From positions 2,517 to 66,516 of the forward strand of contig JAZKRS010000004.1 in NCBI GenBank assembly GCA_036626435.1: DNA of 64,000 bases, in the 5' to 3' direction. The translations under genes were made by a program, and so were the position numbers. This stretch comes from Haloarculaceae archaeon. Lineage in GTDB: Archaea > Halobacteriota > Halobacteria > Halobacteriales > Haloarculaceae. The notes beneath the pieces are model-generated. The model was not told the origin of the DNA. It did not search any database and saw nothing but the letters and a program-made list of their open reading frames with translations. Below, in pieces: positions 44,698 through 54,733 of the stretch (the stretch's first letter is position 1; each line of letters starts with the position of its first letter).

Positions 44698-45423
44698 TCA
44701 CTCACTGTCGTCCGGGACGGGTGAGGAGTCAGGCCAATCAAGGATCTCTGCACCCGGATCCCAATTATCCGCATCGCCAGTTGGAGGTGCACCGACCATG
44801 AACCAGGTCCGCTGTTCCTCGCCGTCGTTTACAACGCTACGGGGTGTCTTCGGTGCAACGCGACTTACACTCCCGGCTGTCATAGTGTAGCGCTCCTCGT
44901 TGATGAGAATCTTTCCCGGGCCGTCCAATGGCACAAACAGTTCTTCTTGGCTCCCCTCAGTGTGATATGGAACGGCCTCGCCCGGCTCCAATCTCCGGAG
45001 ATTGACTTTCATACTGGTACATCCTAACCGGGTCGTGAGGCGTGCGATGTCGATAGTAGAGGTCGATGGAGGGGCGAACCTGACGTCCGTGCTGTCGACG
45101 ACAGTCAGTTCGCCGGGAGAGGCATCCGTCGTCGCGCTTACCATCAGCCAGGTTCCCCCACCACGTAGTGAGGCACCCATCCCGGCTGGCACGCAGGCGA
45201 CACCCTTGGAAGGGACTGTAACACGCTTATTGGCAACGATCCGGCCAGAGGCTTCGAGCGGGACACAGACCCCCTCGCGTTCTGTCGATGCGGCGACCGA
45301 CCCGTTTTCGCCAGGTCGGAAAAGTTCGACCTGTGTCTCGGCACAGCCGAGCGAGTCGGTGAGCGATACGCGACCATCAGACGGCCAGTCGATTTCGGCT
45401 CCCGAAACAATAGCGTATTTCAT
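44698..45423 (-). CDS. bicupin-like protein
   Basis: 241 aa. The second module ...LEPGEAVPYHTEGSQEELFVPLDGPG... is cupin-like. GC is lower. Confidence 0.65.
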   Translation of the reverse strand: MKYAIVSGAEIDWPSDGRVSLTDSLGCAETQVELFRPGENGSVAASTEREGVCVPLEASGRIVANKRVTVPSKGVACVPAGMGASLRGGGTWLMVSATTDASPGELTVVDSTDVRFAPPSTSTIDIARLTTRLGCTSMKVNLRRLEPGEAVPYHTEGSQEELFVPLDGPGKILINEERYTMTAGSVSRVAPKTPRSVVNDGEEQRTWFMVGAPPTGDADNWDPGAEILDWPDSSPVPDDSE

Positions 45424-45673
45424 GCCGTCCGGTTCTCGGGGAGAGCTAAAAGGTTAATCGATTGATATGGAGCTTTAGGCGGTTCGAGTACTAGGAACCA
45501 GGAACAGGTTCATGACGAGTGTAGCTCATACTCTCTGCCATTCGATTGCCTTCGTGCAAGGCTCGCGCTGTCCTCTTGCACGACAACCAGTACCAATATC
45601 ACTGGTATGATAGTTGTTCCGCCAGAGTAGGCAAGAGCCACATCTAAATGCCCGCGCTCCCCAGAGGCGGGCA

Positions 45674-46909
45674 ATGAACGGGAACCGCTTTGGCAGACTC
45701 TTCCAGCTGACGACCTTTGGCGAGTCTCACGGCGAGGCGATGGGCTGTACGGTCTCGGGTTGTCCCGCGGGGGTCGAGTTGAGCGAGGCGGACGTCCAGG
45801 CGGATCTGGACCGTCGCAAGCCCGGCCAGTCGATGATCACCACCTCCCGCGGTGAGCCCGACGAAGTGTCGATCAACTCCGGCCTGCAGGACGGCTACAC
45901 GACGGGGACGCCCATCGGGATGGTCATCCAGAACAAGGACGCCCGGTCGGGCAAGTACGAGCCGTTCGTGACCGCGCCCCGCCCCTCCCACGGCGATTAC
46001 ACCTACTCCGCGAAGTTCGGGACGCGCAACTGGGGCGGGGGCGGGCGCTCGTCGGCCCGCGAGACGGTCAACTGGGTCGCTGCCGGCGCCGTCGCGAAGC
46101 AGGTCCTAGAGCAAAGCGAGTACGACGTCCGGATCAAGGCCCACGTCAACCAGATCGGCGACATCGAGGCACCGGAAGTCACCTTCGAGGAGATGCTCGA
46201 ACACAGCGAGGAAAACGAGGTCCGGTGTGCCCACCCGGAGACCGCAGAGGAGATGCGCGAGGCCATCGACCGCTACCAGGAGGAGGGCGACTCCATTGGC
46301 GGCTCCGTCTACTTCGAGTGTCGTGGCGTTCCTCGTGGGCTTGGTGCGCCCCGGTTCGACAGCTTCCCCGCCAGGCTCGGGCAGGCGATGTTCGCGACGC
46401 CGGCCGTTACTGCCTTCGAGTTCGGCCTCGGGAAAGAAGCTCGGTCGGTTCGCGGCATCGACCGCAACGAGGACTGGGTCTTCGACGACGGCGAGTCCCA
46501 CCCGGACGTCGAGAGCGAGGCGGGCGACCCCGTGCCCGTCGGCAACGACCACGGCGGCCTCCAGGGCGGGATCACGACGGGCGAACCCATCTACGGCGAG
46601 GTGACCTGGCACGCGCCGACGTCAATCCCGAAGACACAGCGGACTGCGGACTGGGGGGCCGGCGAGCGCAAGGAGATACAGGTCGTCGGTCGACACGACC
46701 CCTCGCTGCCGCCACGGGCTGTCCCCGTCGTCGAGGCGATGCTCTCCTGTACCGTGCTCGATTTCATGCTGCTCGCCGGGCGCATCAACCCGGATCGGCT
46801 CGACGACCGGCCCGGGGCGTACGACACCGACTACCACCCGGAAAGCCCCGTCGACGACCCCGACGACGCCGAGACGCGCGCGCAGTCGCTCGACGAGTAT
46901 CACCAGTAG
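45674..46909 (+). CDS. aroC: chorismate synthase
   Basis: ATG 45674 (MNGNRFGRLFQLTTFGESHGEAMGCTVSGCPAG...). Confidence 0.9.
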   Translation: MNGNRFGRLFQLTTFGESHGEAMGCTVSGCPAGVELSEADVQADLDRRKPGQSMITTSRGEPDEVSINSGLQDGYTTGTPIGMVIQNKDARSGKYEPFVTAPRPSHGDYTYSAKFGTRNWGGGGRSSARETVNWVAAGAVAKQVLEQSEYDVRIKAHVNQIGDIEAPEVTFEEMLEHSEENEVRCAHPETAEEMREAIDRYQEEGDSIGGSVYFECRGVPRGLGAPRFDSFPARLGQAMFATPAVTAFEFGLGKEARSVRGIDRNEDWVFDDGESHPDVESEAGDPVPVGNDHGGLQGGITTGEPIYGEVTWHAPTSIPKTQRTADWGAGERKEIQVVGRHDPSLPPRAVPVVEAMLSCTVLDFMLLAGRINPDRLDDRPGAYDTDYHPESPVDDPDDAETRAQSLDEYHQ

Positions 46910-47139
46910 GGTGTCCGTCGCCAGTTGCTGGACGGCCCACCAGCGATGACAATGAGGGCGAACGTGACCACGACCACGCCGACCGAGATCAGTGCGGGCA
47001 CCTGCCACGTGGATCCGGTCAGCAAGCCGTTGGTCGTCGCGAGGCTGGCCACCACTCCAAGCACGCCGACGAGGGCGGCCAGGACCGCCAGGGCGGTGAC
47101 GGCCGACGCCGGACGTCCGGGTGCGTCGTTCGAGGTCAT
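46900..47139 (-). CDS. small two-TM membrane protein
   Basis: ATG 47139 (MTSNDAPGRPASAVTALAVLAALVGVLGVVASL...), 79 aa. Its 3' end overlaps the aroC stop by 10 nt. Confidence 0.5.
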   Translation of the reverse strand: MTSNDAPGRPASAVTALAVLAALVGVLGVVASLATTNGLLTGSTWQVPALISVGVVVVTFALIVIAGGPSSNWRRTPYW

Positions 47140-47200
47140 GTGCCCACCTCTGTGCGCCAGGAACAAAAAGGGCCAAGGAGTCGCCGGACAGAGAGAGGGC

Positions 47201-47956
47201 ATGGCAACGGTGGCAGTGCTGGCGGAGCCGCCCGTCGAGGGTCACGTCCTCCCCGATCTCTTCGGATCAGGGCCGATCTCGGAGCCCGAGGCGGCGCGGC
47301 TGTACAGCGCGATGCTGGGCGACGTCTGTCGTGCAGTCCAGCACGGCGGGGCTGACTTGCTGGTGAACTACCGCGACTCGGACCAGGTCCCCGGCGACGT
47401 CGACTCAGAGGGGCGTCTCCGGGAACTGCTCGACGGGGCGCTCGAATCGCCCGGTGAGGCCCGATATGAGGTACAAGTTGGGGAGACCTTCGCCGGCCGC
47501 GCGGGCAACACGGTGACACACCTGCTCGAGCGAGAGAGCGTCGACACTGCCGCAGTCGTCGGACCGACCGTCCCCTTCCTGGCCCGCGAACAGATCGGGA
47601 GCGCGGCGATGAAGCTCCGATCGAGCGAAGTGGTGCTGGGGCCGACGACCGACGGCCGGGTGTACTACGCCGGCTTCGCCGAATCGATCGACTTCGCGGA
47701 CGCGTACGCTCCGCCGGCCGTCGGGACGCTGACCGACCGCGCGCGAGATGCTGGCCTCGATGTCGACTTCCTGCCGATGATGCCGGTTGTGGAGACGGCC
47801 GATGACCTCGTGACGGCGCTCGCACAACTCAGCGCCCGGGATCGAGCCGGGCGTATCGTACCGGCCCGGACAGCCGCAGTTGTCGACGATCTGGCGCTCG
47901 CAGTCACGGAGGCTGGCGACGAGTTGCAGGTGACGCGCAGTTCCGATGGGTCTTAG
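47201..47956 (+). CDS. DUF2064-like nucleotide-diphospho-sugar-transferase-fold protein
   Basis: ATG 47201 (MATVAVLAEPPVEGHVLPDL...AARLYSAMLGDV...). Confidence 0.55.
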   Translation: MATVAVLAEPPVEGHVLPDLFGSGPISEPEAARLYSAMLGDVCRAVQHGGADLLVNYRDSDQVPGDVDSEGRLRELLDGALESPGEARYEVQVGETFAGRAGNTVTHLLERESVDTAAVVGPTVPFLAREQIGSAAMKLRSSEVVLGPTTDGRVYYAGFAESIDFADAYAPPAVGTLTDRARDAGLDVDFLPMMPVVETADDLVTALAQLSARDRAGRIVPARTAAVVDDLALAVTEAGDELQVTRSSDGS

Positions 47957-48405
47957 TGGGCCGGCATCTCCACCGAGGACGGATCGTCTTCGAGCAGCGA
48001 CACGATACGGCCGAGTGCGCGCATACAGACGGGCACGTATCCGGCCGCGAGTGGCGGTATCTCGAAGACGATCCGGCACCGCCCCTCGTCTGTCCCCTCC
48101 GCAGGCGGATCGACGCGGTGGCCGGTCGCCGGGACGCTCGCCACCCGCCACGTCCAGCGGTACTTCGCGCAGGTGGCAATCTCGAAGGGGAGCCAGACGC
48201 CGCCGGGGAGGCAGACCCGGCCGGTCGTCCCGGGCTGGATGAATCGCTGGTCGCACTCGACGGCCCGGACCGACGGGCCCCAGTCGGGCCATCGCTCGGT
48301 ATCAGTCAGCAGGTCCCAGGCCGCCTCCCGGGGCGCGTCGACCCCGCGGGCGACGATCACCCGCCGCCCGTCCGGCGTCTGCTCCGTTGCGACGTCGCTT
48401 TCCAT
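47953..48405 (-). CDS. SRPBCC (START/Bet v1-like, polyketide-cyclase-type) protein
   Basis: 150 aa. ...APREAAWDLLTDTERWPDWGPSV... Confidence 0.75.
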   Translation of the reverse strand: MESDVATEQTPDGRRVIVARGVDAPREAAWDLLTDTERWPDWGPSVRAVECDQRFIQPGTTGRVCLPGGVWLPFEIATCAKYRWTWRVASVPATGHRVDPPAEGTDEGRCRIVFEIPPLAAGYVPVCMRALGRIVSLLEDDPSSVEMPAH

Positions 48406-48479
48406 ACCCGTAGTTCGGTTTCAGTTCGTAAAAATGGGGGACCAAACTATACATTCGAGCATCCGTTACGGCCGGCTGG

Positions 48480-49367
48480 ATGATCGAGGCGCGCGAGCTC
48501 CGCAAGGAGTACGGCGACTTCGCGGCCGTCGAGGGGAGCACCTTCTCGGTCGACGCCGGCGAGGTCTTCGGCGTCATCGGGCCCAACGGCGCCGGCAAGA
48601 CGACGACGCTGAAGATGCTCGCCGGCCTGCTCGAACCCACGGGCGGGGCTGCGACGGTCGCCGGCTACGACGCCGGCGAGACCGAGATGCGAAAACAGCT
48701 CGGCTTTCTCCCCGAGGAGTCGCCGCTCTACGAGGAGATGACGCCCCGGACCTACCTGCACTTCTTCGCCGACCTCTACGACGTGCCCCACGGGGTCGCC
48801 GAGCGCCGGATTCACGACACGCTCGACGAACTCGACCTCGAACACCGCGATCGGCAACTGGGCGACACCTCCAAGGGGATGAAACGGAAGGTCGCGATCG
48901 CCCGCTCGCTCATCAACGACCCCGACGTGCTCATTTACGACGAGCCCGCAAGCGGGCTCGACCCGCTGACGACCAACTACATCATCGAGTTCACCGAGCA
49001 ACTCGCAGCGGAGGGCAAGACCATCGTCTTCAGCGCGCACAACCTCTTTCACGTCGAGTCGATCTGTGATCGCGTCGCGATCATGAACGAGGGTGAGGTC
49101 GTCGCCAAGGGGGACCTCGACGAACTCCAGGCGGAGTTCGGCGAGACGACCTACCACGTCTACACGACAGTCGAGGTTCCCGATAGCGTCCGCGAGAACG
49201 GACGGTACCACCGGATCGTCGAGAATATGGGTGCTGTCGAATCGACCCGGGAGGCCGCCCAGGACGCCGGCGGCGAGGTCGTCGACATCAGGACGGAGGA
49301 GTCGAGCCTCGAAGAGGTGTTCCTGAACGTCGCCGAGTCGGGGGGCGGTCGGAGGCCCGAGCAGTGA
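48480..49367 (+). CDS. ABC transporter ATP-binding protein
   Basis: Walker A GPNGAGKTTT, signature-like TSKGMKRKV, Walker B VLIYDEP. Confidence 0.95.
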   Translation: MIEARELRKEYGDFAAVEGSTFSVDAGEVFGVIGPNGAGKTTTLKMLAGLLEPTGGAATVAGYDAGETEMRKQLGFLPEESPLYEEMTPRTYLHFFADLYDVPHGVAERRIHDTLDELDLEHRDRQLGDTSKGMKRKVAIARSLINDPDVLIYDEPASGLDPLTTNYIIEFTEQLAAEGKTIVFSAHNLFHVESICDRVAIMNEGEVVAKGDLDELQAEFGETTYHVYTTVEVPDSVRENGRYHRIVENMGAVESTREAAQDAGGEVVDIRTEESSLEEVFLNVAESGGGRRPEQ

Positions 49368-51202
49368 AGCCACGGAAGCTACTCCGCATCGCTCGCTGGG
49401 AGGTCACGAAAAACGCCGGCGGTATCGACAGGCGAACCGCTGCGATTGCGGTCCTGGCGATGGCGTTCCTCGGCGTCGTCGCCCCCCTCGCCGCCGGCGG
49501 CGGGGCCGTCCTGGACGAGGGTATCTACCGCGTCGGCGTCACGGAGGAGAGCCCCTACCACGACGTCGTCGCCGAGGACGACACCTTCGCGGCCCGCCCG
49601 AACGCTGACCGTGAGGCGCTCGGAGACGGGGACGTGGAGCTGTTGATTCAGGAGGGGGCGGTCGAACACGCGCCATCACCGAAAGGGCGGGCGGCCCGCG
49701 AGGAACTCCGCTCCGCGGTCAGCGGGTACAACGACCGGACCCTCCGGGGGGACGACAACCAGACCGCCGCGTTCCCGGTGTCGGTCGTCCTCCAGTACCA
49801 GGAGCAATCGGCGGTCGGGGCGACGTACCAGGTCGACCCGGGAGCGGGCGGTGACGGCGGGGCCGATGGCGTCGTTGACGGCGGATCAGGTGGCAGCGGA
49901 GACGGCAGCGCAACCGACGGTGGAACAGAAGGGAGCGGAGACAGCGGGGCCGCCAGCGGGACCGCCAGTGACGGCTCTGGTGGGGCGTCCGGGAGCGGCG
50001 GCCTGGGCGGGCTCGGCGCGGGACTCTCGGGCGGTGACGTCTCGGCTGGCTCGCCCTCGAACATCTCGCCGCCCTTTCCCTTCGAGTCGCTCGTGCTCGC
50101 GTTCGTGTTCATCATCCCGCTGAACTTCCTCATCCAGGCCTACGGGAGCACGTTCCTCTCGGAGCGCATCAACCGCCGGGGCGAACTCATGCTCGTCGCA
50201 CCCGTCTCGCGGCTGGACATCGTCGCCGGCAAGACGCTGCCGTACTTCGCCGGCGCGATGGCCGTCGAGGGCGCGATTGCCGTCGGCCTGACCTACCTCA
50301 CGCAGGGGACGCTCGGCGGGCTCGTCTCGGTCGCCGCCATCACGCCCATCGTCGTGCTCTTTCTGGCCGCGACCTTCCTCGGCGCGATGTTCGCCCGGTC
50401 GTTCAAGGAACTCACGTTCGTGACGGTAACGATCACGGTGTCACTGACCAGCTACGCCTTTGTCCCCGCAATCTTCACCGACGTCAACCCCATCGCGCTC
50501 ATCTCGCCGCTGACGATCGTCGTGCGCGACCTCCAGGGGCAGTCCGTCGCCGCGGGCGAGTTCCTCTTCTCGACTGCGCCGCCGCTTCTCTCGGCGCTCG
50601 TCCTCTTCGGGCTCGGGCTCGGCCTCTACCGCGAGGAGGACATGTTCGCACAGCGGGCGATCCCGCTGAAGCTGCTCGATGCCCTGGCCGGCCGCATCCA
50701 CAGGCGCTGGCACGTCGCCGCACTGACTGCCGTCTTGCTCCCGTTCGTGTTCGTCCTGGAGCTGCTCGCCATCGCGACCCTGTTCGCGCTGGGGGAGGTG
50801 TCGATCCCGCTCATCCTCGTCGTCGTCGCGGTCATCGAGGAGATAGCGAAGAGCCTCCACGTCTACGCGGCCTACGCCCACAGCCGGTTCGACCGGCGGG
50901 TCCGGACCGCGCTCGTCCTCGGCGCACTCAGCGGTGTCGGCTTCTTCGTCGGCGAGAAGATCACGCTGCTGGCCCAGCTGGTCGGACTGCCCGAACTCCA
51001 GATCGGCCAGGCGGGGCTCCAGATTGGGGTCCTCTCCGGGGTCGCTCTCCTGTTTGCGCCCCTCGCCCTGCACGTCGTCACCGCCGCCATCTCGGCGGCC
51101 GGGGCGAGCCGTGGCCGGCGGCCGTACGTCCTCGCCCTCGGCGCCGCGATTCTCGTCCACCTCCTGTACAACTACACGGTGGTGATCGCCCTTGGCGGGT
51201 GA
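49364..51202 (+). CDS. ABC-2 type permease fused to a C-terminal PrsW-like intramembrane protease domain
   Basis: 612 aa. It has an extracytoplasmic N-part, a Gly/Ser/Asp low-complexity linker, and an ABC-2 TM block. The C-terminal TM region then carries VIEEIAKS (EExxK), GVGFFVGEK and VHLLYNY (HxxxN). Confidence 0.75.
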   Translation: MKPRKLLRIARWEVTKNAGGIDRRTAAIAVLAMAFLGVVAPLAAGGGAVLDEGIYRVGVTEESPYHDVVAEDDTFAARPNADREALGDGDVELLIQEGAVEHAPSPKGRAAREELRSAVSGYNDRTLRGDDNQTAAFPVSVVLQYQEQSAVGATYQVDPGAGGDGGADGVVDGGSGGSGDGSATDGGTEGSGDSGAASGTASDGSGGASGSGGLGGLGAGLSGGDVSAGSPSNISPPFPFESLVLAFVFIIPLNFLIQAYGSTFLSERINRRGELMLVAPVSRLDIVAGKTLPYFAGAMAVEGAIAVGLTYLTQGTLGGLVSVAAITPIVVLFLAATFLGAMFARSFKELTFVTVTITVSLTSYAFVPAIFTDVNPIALISPLTIVVRDLQGQSVAAGEFLFSTAPPLLSALVLFGLGLGLYREEDMFAQRAIPLKLLDALAGRIHRRWHVAALTAVLLPFVFVLELLAIATLFALGEVSIPLILVVVAVIEEIAKSLHVYAAYAHSRFDRRVRTALVLGALSGVGFFVGEKITLLAQLVGLPELQIGQAGLQIGVLSGVALLFAPLALHVVTAAISAAGASRGRRPYVLALGAAILVHLLYNYTVVIALGG

Positions 51203-52298
51203 GGATCGTTCCCTGCCGGGCCGCCTCGGCGGGCTGGTCTCCGACCCGCGGGCGGTCATCGCGAAGCGGGACCTCTCCTCGCTGACCCGCGAGAAGACAA
51301 TCGTCCTCGCCGTGCTCATCCAGCTGTTCATCGCCGCGTTCTCGTCGTTTCTCGTGGTCGGGCTGACCTCGCTGTACGATCCCGGATCCGTCGAGGGTGG
51401 CGAGACGACCGTCGGCGTGACCGGCGACGCGACCGAGGAACTGGTCGAAGCGGCGAGAGAAGAAGACGGCGTCACGCCGATACAGTTCGCCGACCGCGAG
51501 GCGGCACTCGAAGAGTTCAACCGGGGCGCCGTCGACGCGGTGCTGTCGAGTCAGCTGATGCGGACGGACAGGGGCGCCACTATCGACGTCGTGGCGATCG
51601 TCCCCGCGGAGAACGTCCGGACGACCCTGACCGTCGTCCAGCTCCGGAACGTCCTGACACAGCTCGAACGGGCCGAACGGCTCGACCGGGCCGCCAGCCT
51701 CGAGTTCCAGCCCGTCGAGATGCCCGAGGGCGCGTCTGCCAGCCCGTACTTCGGATTCACCTACACCGTGTTGATCCCGCTTTTGCTCTTTCTCCCACCC
51801 TTTATCAGCGGGTCGATTGCAGTCGACGCCATCACCGAGGAGATCGAACGCGGGACGCTGGAGTTGCTGTGTGTCGCGCCGGTCTCGCTCGTGGACGTCG
51901 TCGACGGGAAGGCCGTCGCCATGGTCCTGCTCGCACCGTTGCAGGCGCTACTGTGGATACTCCTCCTCGAGTTCAACGGAATCGACGTCAGGAACTGGGT
52001 GGCACTGCTCGCCTTCGTGACCGCGATCACCGTCGTCGTGGTGGTACTCGGGCTCGTCCTCGGGCTGGCGACCGCGAAGCGCCGCCAGGCACAGCTGCTG
52101 TACTCGGTGTTCGTCATCGTCCTGTTCGGGTCGGCCATCGCCCTGCCGGAACACCCCGCGACGACCGCCGCGAAGCTCGCCGTCGACAGCCCGACGACCG
52201 TGACATTCGCCCACGTCGCCGGGTTCGTGGCCCTCGCCGTGGCCCTCTACGCTGGTGTCCGCCAGTTCGTGGGCCGGATGAACCCCGAATCGCTCTGA
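51192..52298 (+). CDS. ABC-2 type transporter permease
   Basis: 368 aa. N-terminal TM, extracytoplasmic loop, and five C-terminal TM helices. It overlaps the upstream gene by 11 nt. Confidence 0.8.
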   Translation: MAGEDRSLPGRLGGLVSDPRAVIAKRDLSSLTREKTIVLAVLIQLFIAAFSSFLVVGLTSLYDPGSVEGGETTVGVTGDATEELVEAAREEDGVTPIQFADREAALEEFNRGAVDAVLSSQLMRTDRGATIDVVAIVPAENVRTTLTVVQLRNVLTQLERAERLDRAASLEFQPVEMPEGASASPYFGFTYTVLIPLLLFLPPFISGSIAVDAITEEIERGTLELLCVAPVSLVDVVDGKAVAMVLLAPLQALLWILLLEFNGIDVRNWVALLAFVTAITVVVVVLGLVLGLATAKRRQAQLLYSVFVIVLFGSAIALPEHPATTAAKLAVDSPTTVTFAHVAGFVALAVALYAGVRQFVGRMNPESL

Positions 52299-52311
52299 AC
52301 GCGAGGCCCGG

Positions 52312-53400
52312 CTACCCCTCGCCGAGCAGCGTGTCGACGATGCGCTCGGGGTCGAACCGGTCGAGGTCGTCGTAGCCCTGGCCGGTGCCCAGAAAGAGGA
52401 TCGGCTTGCCGGTGACGTGTGCGATGGAGATTGCGGCGCCGCCCTGCTGGTCGGCGTCGGCCTTCGTGAGGACGGTCCCGTCGATCTCCGCGGCTTCGTT
52501 GAACTCGCGGGCGCGGTTGACTGCGTCCTGGCCGGCGACGGCCTCGTCGACGAACATCGTCATATCGGGGTCGATCACGCGGTCGATCTTCGAGAGCTGG
52601 TCCATCAGCCCGTCGCTCGTGTGCAGGCGGCCGGCTGTATCGCCCAGCACCACGTCCACGTCGTTTGCCTCCGCGTACTCGACGCCGTCGTAGAGAACTG
52701 CAGCCGGGTCCGAGCCCTGCTCGTGTGAGATGATCCGCTTGTCGAGGTTCTCGGCGTGTTCTTCCAACTGTTCGTTCGCGCCGGCCCGGAAGGTGTCGCC
52801 GTTTGCCAGCACCGAGGAGTAGCCCCGCTCTTCCAGGTAGCGGGCGAACTTGGCGATGGTGGTCGTCTTGCCGACGCCGTTGACGCCGGTGAAGATGATG
52901 ACGACCGGCTTCTCGGTCTCGGCAATCCGGCCATCGAAGTCGAACTGGCCGACGCTGATGACGTCGTACAGCGACTCCCGGACCGCGTCGCGGACGAGGT
53001 TGCCCGTACTCTCGAGGCGGCGGCGCGTCTGGCCGACGAGGTTCTCCTCGACGCCGTCGAGGATCTCCTCCGCGACACTCATCTCCACGTCGCTGCCCAG
53101 GAGTGCGAACTCGAGCTCGTCGAGGTGGGCGTCGAGGTCGTCCTCGTCGATGACGGTCTTGCCTGTCGCGAGTAGCTTCGCACGCTCTGTCAGGCCGCGG
53201 CCCTCATCGCCTTCGGGCGCCTCGGCTGTCTCGCCTGACGCCCCAGCCGTCTCCCCGGTTGTCCCGCCCGCCTCGTCAGTGACCTCGGCCGCCTCGTCTG
53301 GGGCCCCGCCCTCGGGCGCTACCTCCTCGACATCGCCTTCGGCTTCGGCCTCGACGTCACTGGTGAACGTCTCCAGCTTGTCCTTCAGTCCGTCGAACAT
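52312..53400 (-). CDS. ftsY: signal recognition particle receptor FtsY
   Basis: 362 aa. Acidic N-domain, GVNGVGKTTTIAK, DTAGR, TKADAD GTPase motifs. Confidence 0.95.
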   Translation of the reverse strand: MFDGLKDKLETFTSDVEAEAEGDVEEVAPEGGAPDEAAEVTDEAGGTTGETAGASGETAEAPEGDEGRGLTERAKLLATGKTVIDEDDLDAHLDELEFALLGSDVEMSVAEEILDGVEENLVGQTRRRLESTGNLVRDAVRESLYDVISVGQFDFDGRIAETEKPVVIIFTGVNGVGKTTTIAKFARYLEERGYSSVLANGDTFRAGANEQLEEHAENLDKRIISHEQGSDPAAVLYDGVEYAEANDVDVVLGDTAGRLHTSDGLMDQLSKIDRVIDPDMTMFVDEAVAGQDAVNRAREFNEAAEIDGTVLTKADADQQGGAAISIAHVTGKPILFLGTGQGYDDLDRFDPERIVDTLLGEG

Positions 53401-53403
53401 CGC

Positions 53404-53856
53404 CTACTCGTCGGGCTGTTGCTGTTGTTGCATCTGCTGCATCTGCTGGGTCTGGAGCTGCTGGGCGCGCTTCTCGAGTTCCTCGGTTTCGGTCTCGAGT
53501 TCGGCGATCTCCGAGCGCACGTCTTCGATGCGTTCGTCGAGGGTGCCCTGCTTGGTTTCGAGCGTCGAGACGGCCCCCTCCTGGTCGCGCTCGGCCGCGT
53601 ACCCGCCGCCCAGATCGACGACGACTTCGTTGATGTCCTCGATTTTGGCGCGGATGTACGCGCCGCCGCCGATGGGGACCTGGACAGTCGACTCGCTCTC
53701 CAGCCCCTCGATCGCCTCGATGGCCTCGTTTATCTCCTGCTTCTGGGCCTGGAGGCCTTCGACTTCCGCTTCGAGGGCCTCTCGCTGCTGTTCGAGCGCT
53801 TCGAGTTGCTGTGCGAGCTCCTGGAGCTGGGAGTCGCCGCCGCCACCGAGACTCAT
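53404..53856 (-). CDS. pfdA: prefoldin alpha subunit
   Basis: ATG 53856 (MSLGGGGDSQLQELAQQLEALEQQ...). Coiled coil / beta-hairpin / coiled coil, with a Gln/Met-rich tail. Confidence 0.85.
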   Translation of the reverse strand: MSLGGGGDSQLQELAQQLEALEQQREALEAEVEGLQAQKQEINEAIEAIEGLESESTVQVPIGGGAYIRAKIEDINEVVVDLGGGYAAERDQEGAVSTLETKQGTLDERIEDVRSEIAELETETEELEKRAQQLQTQQMQQMQQQQQPDE

Positions 53857-54026
53857 GCCTGGACCTCCTTGACCTCGACCTGGGTCCGCTTCAGACCGTG
53901 CCTGGAGCCGAAGTCGGCGTAGACGTGCTCGACTGCCACATCCTCGTTGTCGGCTTCTATCTGCTTTTCGAACGCTTGCCAGCCGTCGCGAGCCTTCCAC
54001 TGACCGCTGACAGTGTAGTTGTCCAT
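53853..54026 (-). CDS. rplX: 50S ribosomal protein L18Ae/LX
   Basis: 57 aa (below the track cutoff): MDNYTVSGQWKARDGWQAFEKQIEADNEDVAVEHVYADFGSRHGLKRTQVEVKEVQA. The stop overlaps the pfdA start (ATGA). Confidence 0.8.
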   Translation of the reverse strand: MDNYTVSGQWKARDGWQAFEKQIEADNEDVAVEHVYADFGSRHGLKRTQVEVKEVQA

Positions 54027-54068
54027 ACCCACCGGTCGGGTACCGAGTCGGAAGAATCTTCCTAAAGA

Positions 54069-54731
54069 TCAGGCGTAGCCGAGCGCGAGGTCGATCCGGC
54101 CGAGTTCCGGGCCGGACGTCTCCTCACCGACGACGTAGCCGTTCGTGTTGGCCACCAGCCCCGACCCCACCAGCGGGCCGCCGTAATTTATCGTACCGAT
54201 GTCGGCCGGAACATCGAGAATTGCCTCGAGCCTGTCGAGTTCCTCGTCGGTCGCCTTCGGATGACAGAGGACGCCGCGGTTCGTCGCGACCGCAGCGGTC
54301 CCGACCGTCTGGACGCCGGCGATGTCGCCGCGGTCGACCGGCACGTCGAGCCCCCCCTCGACCGCCTGGACCGCTTTCCGGGGGAGGTCGGGGTGGACGT
54401 ACGCGCCGCTGTCGTTTGCGAGGACGACGTTTCCGGCTGCGTTGATGCGACCTGGCAATTCGGTGACGGACAGGTCAACGGCTTCCCGGATGCGCTCTCG
54501 CTCCCGCTCGCGGACGCGGCTGCTGACCAGCAGGCCCGTGCTGTTGCCCGCGACCAGCGATCCGACCGCGCCGGAGCCACCAATCGTCGTCTCGACGACC
54601 GGAACCTCGAGTTCGTCGTGACAGGCAACCCGGACGCTCTCGTCCACGTCGGGACGGACGAGGAGACAGGTGTCCGTCGCCCGGGCGAAGACGCCGACGT
54701 AGGACGATCCGGAGAAGGCCGCGCGAAGCAA
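54069..54731 (-). CDS. eif6: translation initiation factor 6
   Basis: TTG 54731 is proposed ((M)[24 protein letters not shown]...), 220 aa. It starts directly after the rpl31e stop. Confidence 0.85.
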   Translation of the reverse strand: MLRAAFSGSSYVGVFARATDTCLLVRPDVDESVRVACHDELEVPVVETTIGGSGAVGSLVAGNSTGLLVSSRVRERERERIREAVDLSVTELPGRINAAGNVVLANDSGAYVHPDLPRKAVQAVEGGLDVPVDRGDIAGVQTVGTAAVATNRGVLCHPKATDEELDRLEAILDVPADIGTINYGGPLVGSGLVANTNGYVVGEETSGPELGRIDLALGYA

Positions 54732-54733
54732 CG

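Noticed and set aside
49840-50060. Gly/Ser/Asp-rich repetitive DNA as a tandem repeat or VNTR
   Set aside because: There is no exact unit periodicity. It is in frame within the permease gene and reads as a low-complexity linker.
53404-53450. CTGCTG/TTGCTG-rich tract (Gln/Met-rich tail of prefoldin alpha)
   Set aside because: A short coding low-complexity tail with no evidence of independent function.
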